From the human T2T-CHM13v2.0 reference genome, Homo sapiens: a stretch of 64,000 nucleotides of DNA. The translations under genes and the position numbers were made by a program. The stretch lies in the NCBI RefSeq assembly GCF_009914755.1, contig NC_060928.1, one strand, 5' to 3'. Of this stretch, positions 56,430-64,000 are shown in pieces; position 1 is the first letter of the stretch, and the number at the start of each line of letters is the position of its first letter. A model generated the notes under the pieces. The model worked only from the letters and a program-made list of their open reading frames with translations. It ran no database searches and was not told where the DNA came from.

Positions 56430-56766
56430 AGGCTGAGAATTTAACTTTTATCCCCAGCAGAGGTCCCTCCTCCTCCTCAACCTCTTTAAATAACTAAGAG
56501 TATTGACAGTTACAAAAGACCAGTCTGGCCAACATCGTGAAACCTCATCTCTACTAAAAATACAAAAATTAGCTAGGCATGGTGGTGGGCGCCTGTAATG
56601 ACAGCTACTCAGGAGGCTGAGGCAGGAGAATTGCTTGAACCCGTCAGATGTGGTCTCAAAAAAAAAAAAAAAAAAGACCATTTAGACTGTCAATGCTCTT
56701 AGTTGTTTAAAGAGGTTGGGGAGGAGGAGGGACCTCTGCTGGGGATAAAAGTTAAATTCTTAGTCT
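56430..56766. repeat. 81-bp inverted repeat (56430-56510 / 56686-56766) enclosing a deleted Alu copy
   Basis: Base-by-base comparison: 76/81 Watson-Crick pairs, no gaps. Confidence 0.95.
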
Positions 56767-56803
56767 GATTAAGAGAGCATTGACAGTTATAAAAGACCAT
56801 TTA

Positions 56804-57132
<329 letters not shown>

Positions 57133-57549
57133 CTATGCAGATCAAGTTCATGATAGAATTTATTGTACTTAAGTATAAAATGAAGCTAACTGTAGTATGT
57201 GCCTCCTAGAGTTTTTGTGAATGAGAATCATTCAGCATTGGATGCCAGGCATTATAGTTGCTGATAGTGTAGTGCTGAACGAGGTGGATGGTTTCCACCT
57301 TTCTTCCACCAGAAATAAATATATTTAAAGTGCCATAGAAGAGATAGGCAGGATGATGGGCTAGAAAGTAGCCAGGATGGGCTATTTCATTCGATAAGAT
57401 GGCCTAGGACTCCAGCTTTTCTGAGGTAATGACTGAGCCTAGGCATGAAAGATGAAAATGAGCAAGCCACGTGAAGGTCTGGGAGAAAGAGCAATTTGGG
57501 AAGAGTAAAGAGGAACTGTAAAGATCAGACTAGTATGTATATATGTATG

Positions 57550-58221
57550 TATTTTTGAGAAAGGGTCTTGCTCTGTCACCCAGGCTAGAGTGCACTGACA
57601 GGATCACAGCTCACCGCAGCCTTGACTTCCTGGGCTCCAGTGATCCTCCCACTTCAGCCTTCTGAGTAGCTGGGACCACAGGCTAGCGCCACCATGCCCA
57701 GCTAATTTTTATATTTTTGTTAGAGACTGGGTTTCACCATGTTATCCAGGCTGGTCTCAAACTCCTGAGCTCAAGCATTCCACCCATCTCGGCCTCCCAA
57801 AGTGCTGGGATTTTAGGTGTGAGCCACTGCGCCTGGCCCAGACAAATAGTTTTAAGGAGCAGAAAGAAACCTGTTGTGTCTAGGGTATGGTGGGGTGGTA
57901 TGAAAATAAATTTGAGTTTTTTTATTTTTTGTGGTTTTTTTTGAGATGGAGTTTTGCTCTTGTTTCCCAGGCTGAAATGCAATGGTGGATCTCGGCAGAC
58001 TGCACCCTCCACCTCCTGGGTTCAAGCAATTCTCCTGCCTCAGCCTCCCAAGTAGCTGGGATTACAGGTGTTAGCCACCACGCCTGGCTGATTTTTGTGT
58101 TTTTAGTAGAGATGGGGTTTTTCCATGTTGGTCAGGCTGGTCTCAAACTCCTGACCTCAGGTGATCCACCTGCCTTGGCCTCCCAAAGTCCCATTACAGG
58201 CGTGAGCCACTGCACCTGGCC
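57550..58221 (-). mobile_element. AluJ (57550-57838) and AluS (57917-58221)
   Basis: Two reverse dimers. Confidence 0.88.
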
Positions 58222-58282
58222 GAAATTTGAGTATTTTAAGCCATAGGCTTAGAAAAAGAGGAGTGTTTTAAAATATCACTCT

Positions 58283-58993
<711 letters not shown>

Positions 58994-60245
58994 CTAACTC
59001 AAAAAAAAAAAAAGATTCTCTGTTTTTTACTCTGCTCTGGCGAAAAGTTACATCAGCAGTGGTCTTCTAGACTGAGCTACTCCATCCAGGTCACACTTTT
59101 GCTTGCTACATGATTAAGGATAAAAAGGATTTTCCTGTAGTTTTGGCTAGCTGAAAGGATTAAAGTAAACCAGAGATAGTCAATCTGTTAATGGTAGACT
59201 ATATTACAAATTGTGATGATGATGTTAATAAGACCTTGATGAAGTTCCAGATAATTTAGCTATGGACACATTCTTAGGTTTTTTTTTTATTATTATGGGC
59301 ATTTTTTTTAATACAGGGAAAGTATAAGGTATAAAGTAAAAACTATGCATAATTCAGATATTTCACCACATTTTTAGTAGTTGAAATCATACTGTATAAG
59401 TCTTCCGCTTTTTTTATGCAACATTATAACATGAGTGTTTTTCCTTGTTATTAAAAGTTTTTAATGAATACATAATAAAAGTATAGTTACCTGCCGTAAT
59501 TTAATCATTCTTCTATTAGGGAACATTTGAGTTGTTTGTTTTTTCCTGTGATAAATAATACCATGAGGAATCATCTTTGCATTCTATATTATGTATTTTA
59601 AATTCACACTTAATAACCTCTTTAAAAGGTTATATAACCTCTTAGTAACCTCTTTAACAGTTATTTAGCTTTCATATATTACTGCCTTAGAAATTTTGGA
59701 AAAGAATTATTGAAATAGTCTCTTAAGTAAGGAGACTGAAATCTAGAAGACAGGCTGCAAGCTTGACTCTGGCTCTGAAATTAGCCGGAAATAAACTCAC
59801 GTTGCAAGAAATCTTTTTGTTTATTTTTAGTTGTTGTTGCGGAAGCAACGTATACAGTAGACTGAGTTGTCAGTTTGTGTGAGAGAAAAAGAGTGTCTTT
59901 TTGTTGTTATTCGTAGCCTAAAAATGATGGCCAGATTTTCTCTGGAAGCCAGAGTAGTGGTAGGTGACAAACCAGATTGGAGAGAGAGAGGACAAGTAGT
60001 GATCACTGGCAGTGGCCATTAGGTCACTAGCTACAGAGGCCATGAGAGTAAAATAAAGACGGAGAAGTGTGGCTGTTCTGAGTAGACTGCTGATAGGATA
60101 CCAGTAACTCTGCAGTCTTGAAGACACAGCCCTTATATACACAGCCATAAGGAAGTTCTTGTCCAGGCCAGTAGAATAGTAAGTGCCAGAGTAAAGACTT
60201 CGATATGTAGCTTGTTTAGAAGTCACCTTGAAAAAAGAATATTAA

Positions 60246-60606
<361 letters not shown>

Positions 60607-60849
60607 GAATTCAGTAATTCTTTAACCAGTGGTTGTGTTTCTATTGCTATGTGTTAGGTATTATATTTGTTTTATTGAGTTAAATGTGCTTCAGTATAGT
60701 TTTTATAATATACAATATTAGGTGGTAAATGTATGTGCCATTTTCTGTCTCGTATGAATGCCAAATGTGTACTTTTAAAGTTGCTGTTACCTGAATTTCT
60801 ACTGGTGTTAAAAATTAAGGACTTTTCAAAACAGCCAGCAAGAAAAAGC

Positions 60850-61960
60850 TATCAAAGATTATGAAGATAGTGTCAAAAGCACTTAGGAGTCAATTTTAAG
60901 AGGCCTCTACTGGCCCAAAATAGAACAGTTTGAGCATTAGTCAGGATAATGACTAAACTAGATTGAAAAATGCCAAGTAATGTTTAAATTTATGAAGTTG
61001 TAATGATATACACACAAATTAAAAATGTGTCACTATTACAGGACCTTGGGTAATTAACGTATTATTTTGAGAACTGGTAAATAAAGGGAAAGAAGCATTT
61101 AGTCTGACTTTCCTATATGAACTACTTTTCTGAATAACCAATAAATGATGGATATTTTCTCTTTGTAGAAATATTCTGAGTAGTAAATGAAGGAGTAATA
61201 AAATTGGTATCATCACTTTGTAACCACCTAATGAATAAATGATTCTAAGCATTGAAGAACAGTAGACACTATGATCACAAATAAATCAACCAGTTACTGT
61301 GTGGTTCCTGATGAAAGAACTCATCACCACTTAACAAAGTAGTGTTGACCTAATAAAAATAGCCTGAAGTTAGATAAAGCCTTTACAGCCATTGATTTAT
61401 AGAACATACAGAAGAATGGGCTAAACAATACCATAGGAATTCAGTCAGCAAAATTCAGCCTGGGAAACTACCAGGACAAAAATTCAGGACAAACAACCTG
61501 GCTTTTTCAACATAAAAATTGCAGTTAAAAAAAAAAAAGACATTCTGTAGCTTAAAAGAGACTTAAAAGACATCTCAATTAGTCCCAATATGTGGACTTT
61601 ATCTGGATCTATTCCCATAGAAACTGGAAAAAAATTGTAACATTTGTAACAACTGGAAATTTGAAATTGAGAATATTTGATATTAAGGTTTTTTTTTAAT
61701 TTCTGGTAATGGTGTTATGGTTGTGTTAAAGTTTTTGTCTCTTATAAATACATACTGAAATATTTATGGATGAAATTATATCTGAGATTTGCTTCAAATT
61801 AATATTGGTGCAGGTAGAGATGAGATGAAATTGTCCATGAGTTGATCATTGTTGAAAGTAGGCAATGGGTACGTGGCAGTTTATTGTGCTGGTTTTTCTA
61901 CCTTTGCATACGTTTGAGATTTTCTGTAGCATTTTAAAAACAAAAGAGAACACTGAAAAA
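60850..61960 (+). mobile_element. L1MC-like 3' region
   Basis: atacatactgaaatatttatggatgaaa...tctacctttgcatacgtttgag. Confidence 0.65.
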
Positions 61961-63460
61961 AATCTAGCATCAAGTCATGGAAATGGGTCGTCTTCCAAGG
62001 AAGGACTTTTAGACTGTGGAGTAATCCCTCTTTAAACATCTTAGCACAAATTCTATGAAAATATTTCATCAGTGTATGAAAAAAAAAGTTAGTGGCATAT
62101 TGTCTTTGTCAGGTAATAATTACAGAAGATATTTTGAATAGGGCTGAACAGTCAGAACACCAGTGGCCAGGATGAAGAAGATGCTTTTCTGGAGTGTGTT
62201 TCCTATGAAAATCTGCTTTAGCCCATATTTACTAATTATTTTTGCTAGTAGGCAGCATATTTTAATGTGTAGGAATCTTCTGCTGTTATATTTGCTTTAC
62301 TGACCCTTTAAAAAATAGACACAAATGACCAAAAACATTATAGGCCTTCAACAGTTTCTCAAATAAGTAAAAGAATCAGTTCACATCAGAAAGTTTTTCA
62401 AGAAAATAAGTTCTAGGCCGGAAACTTGAGTGAATACTTATGTTCCCTTATGTCCTTTGTGCTCTTCATATTATTTTCAACATTCATAATAATTTATGTT
62501 CCTGATGAATTCTCTGAGCCATTAAGAAATGGCTTTTCTTTCAGAATGCATATATCTGCACACACAATCCATGAATTAACATTTTTGGAAGATCATTATT
62601 AAGCACTTACAAAAGTTTCAACTCTTAAATGCTTAACCCTCCATCCTTGGAAAAACTTGACTATCTGTAATGATGTAATTTGATTTCACCTAAAACTTTA
62701 CAAAATATATGAATGATATCTATATAGGGTTTTTGGGTTCTTTCAAAAAGAGGAATTATCAGTACTCATGGTAAAAAAAGAGAAGGAGGGTCACAGGAAA
62801 ATAGGAACAAATTTGGTTTTCTAGTACTTGGGTAAATTGTGGAATATACTTTCCTTCTGTATTTGAGCCCTTCAAAGCTCACAGTCAACCCAGATGAAGC
62901 AGCTGAAGTGCTTTGTAATTAGTCTTCTATTCTTCACTCAATTAAAATTCCCCATTTACTAAGGCATCTCACCAAATGTTGATCTAATTATCTGATTAAA
63001 AAATCGGTGACAGTATGAATGAATGATTAATATAATTCACTTGATTGTGAAATGAAAGAGGAATAAATCTTTAGCTAGTGGAAGAAGGACACAGGATAAT
63101 TTTGTGTAGGAAGTCTTCCTGACCTTCCCTCCCAGAGTCCTTTATTCTGAAAAGTAATTATGCCAACATTTTTTTAGCTTGCAACCAGCATGCAAAATAA
63201 AGAGTATCTACTATGTACTATATACCTTTCAAAATAGCTGAATAGCATAAATATTTTATTTGATTTTTTATATTTTTAAAAATTTCCAAATAAGTTTACA
63301 AGTTAGAGAAAATTAGAATGTTGTCACTAATTTTTCTTTACAAAATGGTATTTCATGTGTACCTAGAAGCAGTGAAACACCTCTGGAGAGGGTGGCTTGG
63401 CAATTAATTATGCAGCTAGGACTTGGTTTGAAATTAAAGTATATATATTTTTTCTTTTAG

Positions 63461-63625
63461 AGTGGCAGAATTTAGTGACATTTGGAAGCTTTTCAAACGT
63501 GGTTCCCTGTAGTCATCCATATATTGGTACCCTGAGTCAAGTAAAGTTGTACTCCACAAATGTTCAGAAAGAAGGACAGGGATCACAAACACTCAGAGTG
63601 GAAAAAGTACCATCATTTGAAACAG
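63461..63625 (+). CDS. SLC30A9: SLC30A9 coding exon 2 (E-WQNLVTFGSFSNVVPC...VPSFET); gene continues beyond the window
   Basis: tttcttttag| acceptor; 165 nt in phase with exon 1; ACAG|gtatgt donor. Confidence 0.95.
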
Positions 63626-64000
63626 GTATGTGTAATTTTTTTAATGTACTTTTTTCTGTATAGTGGAATAGTTTGTGTAAAATTATTTGTTCCCTGGATG
63701 TTTGATAGAACTTACTTATAATACTGTCTGGACTGATGTTTTCTTTGTGGGAACTATTAAAGCACTTATTTAATTTCTTTATTTTTTCTATTTCTTTTTG
63801 ACTCAGTTTTCTACGAAAAACTATCTACTTATCTACTTAAACTAAAATTTTAATTTATTGGTATAAAGTGTATAATAATGTTCCCTGTTTACTCCCAATA
63901 GCATATGTAGTTATGTCCTTTTTTCATTCCTAATATTTGTCTTATTTTCTTGGCTAGTCTTCCCAGAGGTTTGTGTTTTATTATTTTTCCAAGTAATTTT

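Overview
Human (primate) euchromatic DNA that I recognise as the chr4p13 TMEM33 - DCAF4L1 - SLC30A9 locus, with all three genes on the + strand. The window holds TMEM33 coding exons 2-7 and a ~6.5 kb 3' UTR (413-~22.4k). A repeat-rich intergenic stretch follows (Tigger3b, two THE1 MaLR proviruses, MLT1A, L1/L2/MIR, many Alus, one very young AluYa-type copy). Then come the intronless DCAF4 retrogene DCAF4L1 (43612-44802) and the SLC30A9 CpG-island promoter, exon 1, intron 1 and exon 2. Most ORFs in the supplied track are Alu/LTR noise. I found no convincing new biological system. The strongest unexplained structures are an 81-bp inverted duplication in SLC30A9 intron 1 whose five mismatches are all G-U wobbles in the sense RNA, and a tandem-amplified DCAF4L1 leader that appears to be built from parental coding sequence. 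Other notable features are a U12-type intron in TMEM33, fold-back hairpins written into Alus, two SLC30A9 uORFs, a consensus CTCF site and the SLC30A9 Val50 allele. Repeat family names and boundaries come from eyeballing against remembered consensi and are approximate.
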